Counted from the stretch's first letter, positions 47,706 to 59,800 are shown. The stretch is 64,000 nucleotides of DNA from Camelus dromedarius (GCF_036321535.1 NC_087458.1:1-64000); one strand, 5' to 3'. The notes: a model not told the origin generated them from the sequence alone. Made by a program: numbers and translations.

Positions 47706-48656
47706 GGGCCTCCCAGCCACGTGCAGGCAGTAAGCGCCAGCGTGTCCGGGGCCCTTGTTTGAGAAAGCTGGAAGCACAGGGGCTGTGTTCTGAACTCCCG
47801 ATTTCGCCAGATGCACACATTCCTCTGAAAGGGAGTTGCTCTCACCTGAGCGCTTCCCTGGGGACGGTAACAAGCAGCAGCCACCGTGGACGGACGTGGG
47901 CGTGGCTCCAACACAACCCCTTTGCAGCTCTACCCTCCGTGGGGGAAGACAACCTCACCTCTCCCCTACAGGCAGGGGGCTGACACAGAGAGCTGCAGCC
48001 CCTCGTCCGCAGCCACACAGCAGGGCCGCGGTAGAGCAGGGATCCAAGCCCTGGCACTCGGGCCCCAGCCTGTAGCCTTGGTCTCTAAACCGCGTCCCTG
48101 CTGAGAAAGCGATTCTGAGCTTTCCTTTCTCTTGGAAATCATAAACAGGGCACCAGATCTGGATGGCAGGTACTGTCACTGCCCCAGGGGCCGGGGGTGA
48201 GGTGAGGTGGTCAGAGGATGGGCAGGAAAGGGAAGCCGAGGGAGATGGGCTGGAGGAAGGACAGCAGGACCCACCCAGCGCCTCAGCGGTGACCTGGGTC
48301 TGGGAAGCCAGACAGAAAGGCACAGCAAAAAGAGGAAAAGGGAGATCAGAGCGACAGGTACAGGGGAGGGTTTGGACAGGCTTCTTGGGAGCCAGCCAGG
48401 CTCAGGGACTAAACGGGGTGGCAGTCACCAGCCTCACACCTGACACATGGCAGGTGCTGTCAGTGCTCAGCCTCGCAGCTCTGGTCTCTGGAACCACAAA
48501 CCTCCAAGGGAAGTTAGGGAGCGGGGTGCTGGCAGATGTGGCTGGAAGGCCCCTTGGGGATGCCCACCACCCACAGTGCCCACACAGGGGCTCTGTGCCC
48601 ACTGTGGTCACACACACACGATCATGCCTGCTCTGCTCCCAAGACCTGGGGAGACG

Positions 48657-48948
48657 GTGTGCTACAACCCACGACAAAGCGCCACGACCCAGCGGTCGGA
48701 GTCACAGACATTCCTGTCTCACAGTCCTGGAGACGGGCCGTCCAGGTTCAGGTGTCAGAGGCCAGCTCCTCCTGAGGCCTCCCTGGCAGTGGGTAGATGG
48801 CCAACTCCTGCCTGGTCCTCCAGTGGTCATCCCTCTGGGCGCCTGGGTCTCCTTTTCTTAGCTCTCCCGTCATCGGGGCCACCCTGCTGGCTTCAGCTTC
48901 ATCTCCTCAGTAAAGACCCTGCCTCCAAACGCAGTCCGTTCTGAGGTC
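48657..48948. mobile_element. MLT-type LTR fragment
   Basis: TGTCTCACAGTCCTGGAG...CCTCCTGAGGCCTCCCT...TAAAGACCCTGCCTCCAAACGCAGTC...TTCTGAGGT. Confidence 0.65.
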
Positions 48949-50459
48949 GTCTCTCTACCGGCCCCTCCTCTGCATCAGCAGTGCCCCCAGGTGACCCTGG
49001 CTCCCTGCCAGCCATGCCACCTCCAACAGGCTCTGACAGAAAGGGTTCTGGGGCAAATGGAAGGGTGCTTGGAGGCCAGGACCCAAGAGAGGCCCGGACC
49101 CGAGAGAGGCCCATCAGCCCACGGCAGAGAGCAGACCCAAACGCGGTGGGACCTGGCAGCTGGGAGTGGACAAGGGTGGGGTGAGCCACCACAGGAGAAT
49201 GTCAGGCCCGCGCACCAGTGAACGCGACTCACGCATCAAATACGAGCAGGCCAGGAGGGGCCTCAGCAGCCCCCAGACCGTCTTCACCCTCCTGCCCCGT
49301 GTCACCGCCGTGCTCCCACCTCTTCTGGGAAACAAGCTGCTGGACAACAAGCGGCTAGAAAAGAAGCCACTCCTAAATTTCCACGAGCTTAATATATTAT
49401 ATTCACACATGCTTGCTTTGTTTTAGTGTCTGGCGCAATAGATGACCTGTAGCACGTGTCACACTAAAGAAAATGTGTGGCGAGCGATCCTGACGTTGAC
49501 CGTAAGGGCACGAAGGAGGGCAGATACTTCCTTAGGGTGAAACAGATGGCCCTGGACAGCCAGATCGTCCATTAACAGAACTTTGTTCCGGCATGAAAGC
49601 TGCTGCTGAACCCAGGGGAAGTCCTCGCTATCTCGAGATGTCCCGGAGGCAGCGACAGGATAGACTCAGAAATTCTGCACACCCCCAGGAGGGTGACTGT
49701 TCCTGGAAGGGATGGCCTGAAGTTCATCAGTGAACCCACAAGCAGAACTTAGCGCTTACCACAGGGATGTCTAAAGCCCCCCCTCTTTGATCGCATTTTT
49801 TTCTGAGCTGTGTACCCATAATAAATATGACGTCGACACGGCTTTGGGGCTCTGGGTCCACGAGATCAAGTCCCCTGGTCCCACCTTCGCTCTCTGTCTC
49901 TTTGTTTCTTAGGTCTTGCATCACCCGTCCTCAGACACGATCCCGAGCTGCGCTGGACGCAGCTCACCTCAGTTCCAAAAACGAAGGCAGATACTTTCGC
50001 AGAAGCGGTCGGCAAAGACAGTGCCTCTGACGCCCAGAGCCAGCCACCCTCAGACAACAACAAGGACCCGGCTCCCGCCCTCCCTGGGCCCTCAGTTCAA
50101 ACCAGCCACCCACCTGGGCGTCAGACACAACGTCCGCACCGTCCGGCCACAGCCCCTCCATGTCCATCGGCGTCCGTGCTGGATGAGCACCAGTGACACT
50201 GTCGCCCCGAGCAACGGGCCAGACGCTTCTCCTGCCCCTTCCTAGTCCAATGACCCCTCCCCAGGAACCGCTGACCTGCCTTCTGCCACTACGGATCAGG
50301 CGGCATCTCCCAGAATTCTTACGAGTGGAATCCGTCAGGACCTCTCTCCCTCCATCTCTTGCCCTGGGCCCTCAACGTGCCCCACGCTCTGTTCCCATCT
50401 CACTCTTCCGGGCCTCAGACTCCGGTCACTGCCTTCTGCTGCGGGTCCCCATCTTCCGC

Positions 50460-50590
50460 ACAGACCACCACAGTCCACAGACAACACATCACAACAGATA
50501 ACCAGCGCTACAGACCGTCAGCTCTACAGACGATCACTGACACAGACTGAGTCTGTAGATGGCCGACACCATGAGCTTCCCTAACAGACA
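50460..50590. repeat. Degenerate 16-17-bp periodic ACAGAC array
   Basis: ACAGA starts at 50460, 50477, 50494, 50510, 50526, 50542 and 50584. Confidence 0.65.
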
Positions 50591-51877
50591 ACCGGTGAGA
50601 CTACACACGACCGCCGACAGTGCCGCAGTCTACCCCAGCCCACACCACAGCAGAGGGCAGGGTCACAGACCACCGCGGCGGCCTGTCGGAGGTCCCCCCA
50701 CGTGCAGACAGTCCTTGCTCCAACTCGTCCTCGTCACTGATGACCTCTGCTCTCCAGACACAGTGACATCGTGTCATTCTCCAAACAGCCCCCACGCTGG
50801 GGGGACCTCAGCCTGTCAGCATCTTCAGACGACTTGCTACTGACAGCTGTGCACTCTGCGCGCTCCCTGCTGTGCTGCAGTCCCAGCTCCACGAGGAGTT
50901 TGCCCCGACACAGTGCCTGCTGGAGGGGTTCCCAAAAAAGGTCTGGGAATGGGCAGAGGGGCACACACAACTTCAGCAAAATTTAGGGCTTAGAAGGCTC
51001 CAGAACCTTCCACTGGGTGATTACAGAGAGTGACTTGGCTCCTCCCTGAAGAGGGAGCCAGGGGGAGTGACCCTGAAGGCTGAAAGGACGCAGGCCAAGC
51101 TGACCTCCCCCAGAGCCCAACACGGAGCAGGAACGTCTGTCTCTCCACTCCTGCTACCAACCCCGCTCCCCTCCCCTCCTCACTCTCCCAGACACTCGCA
51201 GGTCCTCTGCAGCTGTGTCGCCTCGATGCCAAATCCATCCTGTGAAGAAGAGTCGGCGTGAGAAGGGCGACGCTCGGATGCGTGCAGGGCTGGGCAGGGA
51301 CAAGGCCACAGACAACAGGCCCATCCATCTCCGAGCCCCGCGAGTGGATGCCGGGGGAGGGTGCCCTGGGGATGGGGGGCTGGTCCGAGTTCTCCAAATG
51401 AGGGTCAGGGGCTGGGGCTTCATTTTCTGGTGCTCCAAGTGACCACATGAACCTGTATTCTTTTACGTGCATTAAGCATTTCTTAATAAAAAGGAAGACT
51501 TTTGCACAGAAACTATCGCCCTGGAGAAGAAAAGGTCAAGAAGAAAGTGGGAGGGGGGCGCCCCTTGCAGCTACGCCTGGGACGTGGTCCAGCCCAACTG
51601 GGGACTGGACTGTCCTCCCTGCGAACACAGCCAGCCCTCAGCTTGGGGTCACTCCACCCAGATCCAGTCTCTCTAGATGGGGATGACTGGGCAGCCTGGG
51701 CAGTTCCTGGGTCCTGAGAGGCCAAGCAAGGTGATGCAAAGCTGGGCTCAGGATGTGACTTGGGACCATTATGTTTCAGAGCATGGTCTACAAGCCAGGG
51801 CCCAGACCTAGCCCTGCACACCTGTGTTTGGCAGCTCAAGAGCTGAGAGTGATTGTCTGATAAGAAAATCCAACTGC

Positions 51878-52240
51878 ATGGCAGCGTTATTCACAATGGT
51901 CAAAAGGCAGAAGCAACCCAGTGTCCATCGATGGATGAAACGTGGTCCATCCATGGAACAGAACATCACTTAGCCGCGAAAGTCCTGATATGCTGAGTGG
52001 ATGACCCACGAGGACGTGATGCTCAGGGCGGTGCCAGACACAGACAAACCCCGTGATTCCACTTATATGGGGACCTGGAGGAGTCAGGTTCACAGACACA
52101 GGAAGCAGACGGTGGGGGCGGGGCTGGGGGCGTCTGTGTTCAGTGGGGACAGTCTCAGTGTAAGAAGATGAGAAGGTTCCAGAGGCTTGGTGGTGACGGC
52201 GGCACAACACCAGGAACGCTGTTACGGATGCTTCACCTCT
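51878..52240 (+). mobile_element. LINE-1 3' end fragment (L1MB/MC-like)
   Basis: GCAGCGTTATTCACAATGGTCAAAAGGCAGAAGCAACCCAGTGTCCATC...GATTCCACTTATATG...GGGGACAGTCTCAGTGTAAGAAGATGAGAAGGTTCCAGAG. Confidence 0.8.
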
Positions 52241-53129
52241 GAAAAAAAACACCAAAAAATCAAAGTCCTGCAAACTCCACGGCGCTCACACCTCCGAGCC
52301 TCTCCCTTGTCCTGCGGCTGCTCTCCATGCACTGCCACACAGGCGAGCCTTCCCACTGCCTCTCCAGGTGGTGGTCCACGCCCGCCAGGTTCCAGAAAAG
52401 CCTCACTGCTGAGGGTCTCCGGGGGGAGTGAACTGAAACAGAAGGGAAAGAAAGGGGAAAAAAGAACATCTCCAAACGAGCGCATGCCGTTTTTTCAAGG
52501 ATCTCCTGTCTTGACACCTGGTAGGTCGCACACGCAGGCCAGGCAGCTGAAGGCACCGAGGACCACCACCCAGTGTCCCTGGTCCCCTCTGTGGGTGGGA
52601 GGGGCAGGCGGCTCTGATCCTGCTTCACCGCCCTCGGTGCCCCCCAATGCTCGTGCACCCGCACCCGGCTGGGCAAGCAGGAGGCTCCCCCACGTTTGCC
52701 TGCCCGCTGCTGCGGGGCACAAATGGCGGTACCAGTGGGGAAGGGATCCCTCGCCTGGAGGTGACCGTCGGCCCCACACCCGGCTCATACACTGTGCACT
52801 GGGCTTCCTTCTTTCCACCCTGGGCAGCTCATTCTCATCTCCACCCCCGCATGAGGGGCCAAGCTGCCACCATCAAGGGAGGGGTTGTTTATTCCCTGCC
52901 CTTGGCAGTCTGCTGCAGGGACAACTGCTCTGCTGCGGGGAAGAAAGTCACTGCACCACCAGGTCCGCCTGACCCCAGAGCCCCTGGGCTTCCTAGCATC
53001 TGTCTTTGCAGCTCAGCGGCCCTGGCCCAGCAACTCCTGTTGGCGGCGCCCAGGGCGCCAGCTGCACAGGCGGGGTCTCAGGACCCCTGACCTGACTCAG
53101 ACCTGCTCCTAGCAGCCAGCATTTGAGAA

Positions 53130-53792
53130 ACACCATCCCATGTACTCTCTCATCAACACTGGGAAACCACCGCAAATAAAAGGAAATCTGGGAACGCACA
53201 TCAAAGTCACAACTGGCACTGCACACCCTTTAGGGTGGCAACCGTTAAAAAAAAAGATGTGGAGAAACTAGAAGATAACCACGTGCTGTTGGGGATGTAA
53301 GACGGTGCAGCTGCTGCAGAGAACAGTCTGGAGGTTCCTCAAAAAGTTAACCAGTCACCATACGACCCAGCAATTCCGCCGCCACACATTCACCCAAAAG
53401 GACAGAAAACAGGAACGTGGAGGCCTGAAACCTGTGCTCACAGCAGCACTGCTCCCAGGGGCCAGACGATGGACCCACACGGTAGAGTAATACTCAGCCT
53501 CAAAAAGGAGACTCTGAAAGGTGCCAGTGTGGACTAACCTCAAAAACACGCTCAGTGAAATAAGGCAGACACAAAAGGACAAATCCTGCAGGACTCCACT
53601 TCCATGAGGCCCCCCGAATAGACAAACTCAGAGACAGACAGCAGAAAGGTGGCTGCCAGGGGCTGGGGGAGTCAGCATTTGACAGGGACAGAGTCTCACA
53701 GTGTGAAGGTGCTTAATGCCACCGAGTGGCACACTTAAAATGGTTAAGATGGTAAACTTCATGTTATGCGTATTTTACCACAGTAAAAAAAA
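53130..53792 (+). mobile_element. LINE-1 3' end (L1MB-like) with A tail
   Basis: GATGTGGAGAAACTAGAA...GGAGGTTCCTCAAAAAGTTAA...ACCCAGCAATTCC...CACTTAAAATGGTTAAGATGGTAAACTTCATGTTATGCGTATTTTACCACAGTAAAAAAAA. Confidence 0.85.
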
Positions 53793-54522
53793 TGCTTTGA
53801 AATCACGACGGAAATCTGAGGGAACCGTGGGAGGGGCTCCAGGCGGAGGCAGGAGCGGCCCCTGGTTTTCAGCCTGCATCTCAGCCTGGATACCTGGATC
53901 CTGACCCCTGGGCGTCCCACACCTCCCACCGCCCCCCAAAACACTGGGACAAATCCGGAAGTGTGAGTGCATGTCTTAAAGTTTCTGTCCTTGGTTTATC
54001 ACACCCATAGTTATTACTCACATCAATTTGACAAAAAAACAGGAAATAGAAAAAAACATTGACTTCACAGTTATTCACCCCAGACACCCTGTGATGAGTC
54101 TTGCACACGTGTATAGGCTGACCATTCTGGAGAACTGGGGTGATGGTGTCCACCCTCTTCTATTCAAGGTTCCCTATCAAACGAGGGAGCCTTTGCCCAC
54201 ATGCAAACGGTCAGGCGTTTACACCCACATGGCTCACCCAAGTGCATGGCTCACAAGATCGTAACAATGAAAACATTTCACTGCATGGGGGAGGGAGGAC
54301 TGTGGTCCTGATAGAAGAGAATTCCTCATGTCTACTTGGTGGTATGAACAGATACCTGTCTTAACAGGAAAAAAGGAAGGAGAGAAAGGAAGAGAAAAAA
54401 TAAGCTGTTTACTTAGAAACATGGAGGGAAGTGAGAGATTTGAAAGTGGCTGCCTTTGATAACCTGGAGGTGGGTGGGTGTGTGTGGGGGTCCTTGTAAT
54501 TGCCCCCTTAAATCACATGCAA

Positions 54523-54625
54523 GGGGGAGGGTCTAGCTGAGTAGCCCTGGGTTCAATCCCCAGGACTGCTGTTAAAAAATAAATAAACCTAATTACCTCC
54601 CCCCAAAACAAAACTAATAAATAAA
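54523..54625 (+). mobile_element. tRNA-derived SINE (camelid-type tail, internally deleted)
   Basis: GGGGGAGGGTCTAGCT...CCTGGGTTCAATCCCCAG...AAATAAATAAACCTAATTACCTCCCCCCAAAA. Confidence 0.75.
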
Positions 54626-54644
54626 TCGTGTGCATGCAACTCGG

Positions 54645-54955
54645 TCTTCGCCTGTTCCGGTCGCTATAATGAACAATACCCCAGACGAGGGGGCTTCAAC
54701 AACCACCAGCGAGTTCTCTCAGTTCTGGGGCTGGACGTCCAGGATCAAGGCGGCGGCAGGTGCGGTGTCTGGTGAGCGCCCCTTCCTGATTCACGGACGG
54801 CGTCTTCTCGCTGTGTCCTCACATGGGGAAGGGGCGAGGGAGCCGTGGGGTCTCTTTAGGAGGGCTCCAATCCCATTCACGACGCTCCACCCTCATGACC
54901 CCATCACACTGGGGCGTTAAGTTTCAACGTATGAATTTCAGGGGGGACACGTTAC
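54645..54955. mobile_element. MaLR solo LTR (MLT1A-like)
   Basis: TCTCAGTTCTGGGGCTGGACGTCCAGGATCAAGGCG...TCTTCTCGCTGTGTCCTCACATGG...AATCCCATTCACGA...TTTCAACGTATGAATTT. Confidence 0.75.
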
Positions 54956-55234
54956 TTATAAACAGTAAAGCTGAAGTTACCAAGGGGCTGCAGGGTGACG
55001 CACCTAGCACACCATCTGCCACCAAACAGGTGCAAAATGAACGTGTGTGCTGGCCCTGCCATCATCACCACGGCAGGACACAGATCACCGAGGTTCACGG
55101 GCGACCCAGCCTCTGTAGCTCAGAAAATACACGATGACGCAGTCCAGAGCAATCTACCAGCAGCTCTTCAAAAGAAGTTTCAGTGTCTTTGCATGAAACA
55201 GAAAAGTGATTCCAAGAAAAACTTGAAACAATAA

Positions 55235-55725
55235 CCATCAGAAATGCAACTGTAAACAGTGAGATGCCATCTTTCAGGCATCAGACAGACGAGGTCTGCT
55301 GTGCGAGGAAGGTTCGCACGCCTGTGCTTTGGTGGCTAGACTTCAAGCATCCAACGAACTTGCGCAGATGGGACTTGCTCAGCTATCAAAATTACCTCAG
55401 GCACATCCTGCAGGGCCCACAACTCCAGGAGTTTCACCTGCAGAAGGACTCATACTTGCACAAAACAGCAGCTTGTGCCAAAAAATTGGTAACAACCCAG
55501 GTGTCCACCAACAGGGGATGTGTTGGACAAGTTACAGCAAGTCTAGATCATCAGAAATGACTTCCAAGAAACCAGTAAGTGGGAAAAAAGCTATTTGCTC
55601 CTATGACATATAAAACATTGATGAAAATACACAGAATTCATAACACTAGTCCTTCCAGGAACAGAACTGGGGGGGCTAGGCCCAAAGTGGGAGACCTTAT
55701 GTTGCATACTTTTACCTTGACTGAA
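55235..55725 (+). mobile_element. Old LINE-1 fragment (L1MC/ME-like)
   Basis: CAGAAATGCAACTGTAAACAGTGAGATGCCATCTT...AAAAAATTGGTAACAACCCAGGTGTCCACCAACAGGGGA. Confidence 0.55.
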
Positions 55726-55752
55726 ATCTGAACCATTTTAAAGCTAAAAATA

Positions 55753-55849
55753 GGGAGAGAGGGTACAGCTCAGGAGTAGAGTGTATGCTCAGCATGCCTA
55801 AGGTCATGGGTTCAATCCCCAGTATCTCCACCAGAAAAAAAAAAAAAAA
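55753..55849 (+). mobile_element. tRNA-derived SINE with poly(A) tail
   Basis: GGGTACAGCTCAGGAGTAGAG...GGTCATGGGTTCAATCCCCAGTATCTCCACCAG followed by A15. Confidence 0.85.
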
Positions 55850-55934
55850 GATGGCAAAAAAAAGTGCGCTTGTGAAAAAAAAATAAAGCTGAAAATAAAT
55901 TTTTATAAAAGGAAGAGAAAATTGGGCGTTACTG

Positions 55935-56075
55935 TTCATCGGGTTTTGCGGTTTAGGATACTGGATGAGTTCTGGAGACCGAGGGTGGTGATGGCTGCAC
56001 AACACTGTCAGTACTTAATGCCACATAATTGTTTGCTTAAAAGTGGTTGAAATGGTACATTTTATGACAATAAAA
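55935..56075 (+). mobile_element. LINE-1 extreme 3' fragment
   Basis: GGATGAGTTCTGGAGA...GGTGGTGATGGCTGCACAACACTGTCAGTACTTAATGCCAC...TTAAAAGTGGTTGAAATGGTACATTTTATG. Confidence 0.75.
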
Positions 56076-56229
56076 GAGTCAATATAAACGTGGCAACCCG
56101 CATTTCAACCGTGAAAAAGTAACTCTTGCTTATAGGCGCTTCAAAAACGAGAGTGGGGCTTTAAAGCATCTATCTCGGAAGCAGTTCATCCCTTAGCAGC
56201 CCCCCACCCAGGCACTGTTCGGCTCCAGG

Positions 56230-56809
56230 ACTAAGACCTCAGGCTGCGGGGGGACCTCGGGGGGAGAGGAAGGTGGGGACTTCGGGCCGCGGGGCCCGCG
56301 TCCAGCCGCGCTGGGAGCGCCTGCCCTTCGGCCGGGCAGGTCACGACGTCTCCGGAGCTGCCGGCCCCGCCCAGTCCGCTCGGGCGGTCGGCCACCCCCT
56401 CCCTCGGCCCAGGACGGACCTCGGAGCCCACGGCGCTTACTGCGCTTACCGCGTCCGCCCGGCCGGAGCTCCCCTCAGCTGCGCGAGCGGCGCGGTCCCA
56501 AAAAAAACCCCACGCTCCTGCGCCCACCCCGCGCCTGCGCAGAGCGACGCCTGCGCGGGCTCCGCGTACGGCCCGATCCCGCGCCTGCGCAGAACCGGAG
56601 CGCCGCCGCGGGCTAGCGGGGGCGGGCTCAGCGTCAGCAGCCCGTCGTCCGATCCAGTTCATTGGCTGTAAAGTGGAGTGTGGGCCAGGCCCGCCGCTGA
56701 TTGGGCGGCGCGCGGACAGATGGGGCGGTGCCGACCAATTGCTCGGCCGGCTGCGGCGCGGGTTGGAAAGGCCCGCGGTCGTGGGCTGGGGTCGCGCGGT
56801 TCCTCGGCC
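56230..56809 (+). promoter_or_regulatory. MVD CpG-island promoter with NF-Y boxes, SRE-like element and NRF1 motifs
   Basis: ATTGG at 56661 and 56700, CCAAT at 56735, SRE-like GTGGAGTGTG at 56673-56682, GCGCCTGCGCA at 56531 and 56581. Confidence 0.8.
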
Positions 56810-59800
56810 ATGGCCGCAGAGAAGCCGGTCGTGGCGGTGACCTGCACTGCGCCGGTCAACATCGCGGTCATCAAGTACTGTGAGTATGCGGGCCTGGGGG
56901 CGCGGTGTTGGGGGGCCTGCGGACGGGGAAACTGGGATTCAGAGGGGCCGGTTTGGGCGGTGGACCCGCCCGCGGGGCGGGTGGGCTGGGCCCCGCTGGC
57001 CCCTCGGGTGGACTGACTGGCTTTGCCTCGGGTTGTCTGTTCCAGGGGGAAAGCGGGATGAGAAGCTGATCCTGCCCATCAACTCCTCTCTGAGCGTCAC
57101 TTTGCACCAGGATCAGGTTAGCGTGGACTGGCAGCAAACACCAAAAATATTTACAGAACCTTTGTTTCCGAATGGTAGCAACAAACCCGCCGCCAATGAA
57201 CGGTGTCCGTTCCACCCGCCGCTGTTAGGAATGCTCATCGTGCGCACACGCCTGGTCCTCCTCTGGGGGTCCCTGTCCTTCATTCCCTGTGCCCGGTCCA
57301 GTGGCCCTGATGTGGAACGTGGAAACAGGCCGTCCCCTGTGTAGTGGACGCCTGTGTGGCATCCCCACCGACCGAGCCTGGCCCGCCTGGGCCTCCACCT
57401 CCCTGCTTTCCAGCAAGGCCACTGTCCTGGTTGGGTGACCAGGAGGGACCCTCAGAGAGGAGTGCTTGGCGGGCACCCGCTCCTGAGGTGGCCTTGCGTT
57501 TCCCTTCCTAGTTAAAAACCACCACGACGGCCGCCATCAGCAGAGACTTCACGGAGGACCGGATTTGGCTGAACGGCCGCGAGGAGGACATTGGGCAGCC
57601 GCGCCTCCAGGCCTGCCTGAAGGAGAGTGAGTGGGGGCCCGGAGCTGCTGGGTCTTCAGGCCGCAGGGGTCCAGGGCACAGATGGTGCTGCTGCCACTTT
57701 GCCCGCCACGTCCCATGCCCCAGGGACCACGGTCGCCTGTCAGCGTGGCCAAGTCCGGGCCTGGGGCCTCCCAAGAAGGAAGTCACGGGGAGAGGTTCGG
57801 GTGGAGACCAGTCCCAAGGGTGCTGGCCCACGACAGGCGGGCGGCTCTGCCCAGCGCCGACTCCTTCTCCCTGTAGTCCGCCGTCTGGCCTGCAAGCGCA
57901 GGAGCGGCAGCCCGGAAGACCCACTGCCCCTCAGCCACAGCTGCAAGGTTCACATCGCCTCGGAGAACAACTTCCCCACGGCTGCGGGCCTGGCCTCCTC
58001 AGCGGCCGGCTATGCCTGCCTAGGTGGGTGCCCCTCACACCCGCCGTGGCCTGGGTGATCTCGCATGTCTGAGTGCCGAGATCTCCCAGGGACCCGTGGA
58101 TGGGACCCTGCACATGGCAGAAACCCCCCAAACCGGCTTAAACTGAGTAGGGGGATTCTGTGGCTTACGTAGTGGGATTCCAAGGGGGTACGGCTGGCTC
58201 CAGGTTCTGGTCCTCCCACCGGGAGTCCATCCCTCTTGCTCTACACCCCAGCTCTGCCCTCCCTGTTTTGGCTCACCCTCCAGCAGGGCCCCTGGCCCCT
58301 GCCTGGGGGCAAAGCTGGTCACCACAGCGATGGGCGGTAGGGGTCACGTTCTCAGAGTCCTGAGACCAGTGACCCAGCAAACCCCCTACACCACCACCCC
58401 TCAGAGCTCCTCAGAGAGCTCTGCCTGCCCAGGCCCCCGGGCACGGGCCCCCAGGTCCCTAGCAGGCTTCCGGGGCAGCTGCTCCTTTTAAGTCCTGAGT
58501 GCCTGAGCCCACCGTGGGGGATGCCCACCTTGGGAGCTGGGATTCCTTCTCTCCCATGGCTCTGAGCCCAGGACGGACCCCAGCCTGTCTGAGCCTCTCT
58601 GCCCTGCCTGCTCCTGTGCCTGCAGCCTACACCCTGGCCCGCGTCTATGGGGTGGAGAGTGACCTCTCGGAAGTGGCCCGCAGGGGCTCGGGCAGCGCTT
58701 GCCGCAGCCTGTACGGCGGCTTCGTGGAGTGGCAGATGGGAGAGCGGGCTGACGGGAAGGACAGCATCGCCCGGCAGGTGGCCCCTGAGTCACACTGGCC
58801 CGAACTCCGAGTCCTCATCCTCGTGGTGAGTGAGACGGCTGTGGAGCGAGGGGCCCCCTCTGGCTGGCCCGGCTGAGCTGGGGGTGCAGGAGTGGGGAGG
58901 GCGGGGCTTCAGGGCGCGGTCCAGGCCATCTCTCCCTTGGGGCAGGTGAGCGCCGGGAAGAAGCTGACGGGCAGCACCGTGGGCATGCAGACCAGCGTGG
59001 AGACTAGCCCCCTGCTCAGGGTGAGGCCGCGCTCAGCGGGCGGGCCGCTCCCTGGGGGCCCTGGGAGCCCAGCCCCTCAGCCCCGTAGCCCCAGTGGGCC
59101 CACGCCATTAGGAGACTGTCTGCCTTGCAGTTCCGCGCCGAGGCGGTGGTGCCGGCCCGCATGGTGGAGATGGCCCGCTGTGTCCGGGAGCGGGACTTCC
59201 AGGCCTTCGGCCGGCTGACCATGCAGGACAGCAACCAGTTCCACGCCACCTGCCTGGACACCTTCCCGCCCATCTCCTACCTCAATGACACGTCTCGGCG
59301 CATCATCCACCTGGTGCACCGCTTCAATGCCCTCCACGGGCACACCAAGGCAGGCTGGCCGGCACGGGTGGGCTCTGTCTCACTGCGGTTCATTCGGCTG
59401 CGTGGCCCCACGTCCAAGCCCCCTGTCCCGAGTGGGTGGGAGCTCGCCTGGCACCTGGGAGCGGGTCTGAGCTGTGGTGCCTGGTCACGCTGAACGCATG
59501 GTTCCAGGTGGCCTACACATTTGACGCGGGTCCCAATGCTGTAATCTTCACTCTGGACGAGACCGTGGCTGAGTTTGTGGCTGCCGTGAGGCACAGCTTC
59601 CCACCTGAGTCGAATGGAGACAAGTGAGTTGTGGGCCGCTGTCCGGGAGGCAGGGGTGGGAGGCGTGGGTTCTCCTCCTCAGGCTGTGGTGGGGGTTGAC
59701 CCGTGGAGACCTCAGGCGGTGTATCCTCAAGGACGCCTCCGTGTGACCTGGACGCTTCTCCGCCCAGCCCAGCCCACCCACACCCACACCCACGTGCACG

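Noticed and set aside
49166-49426. 86-aa ORF as a novel microprotein
   Set aside because: No recognisable homology, promoter or splice context. Kept only as part of the unexplained-segment finding.
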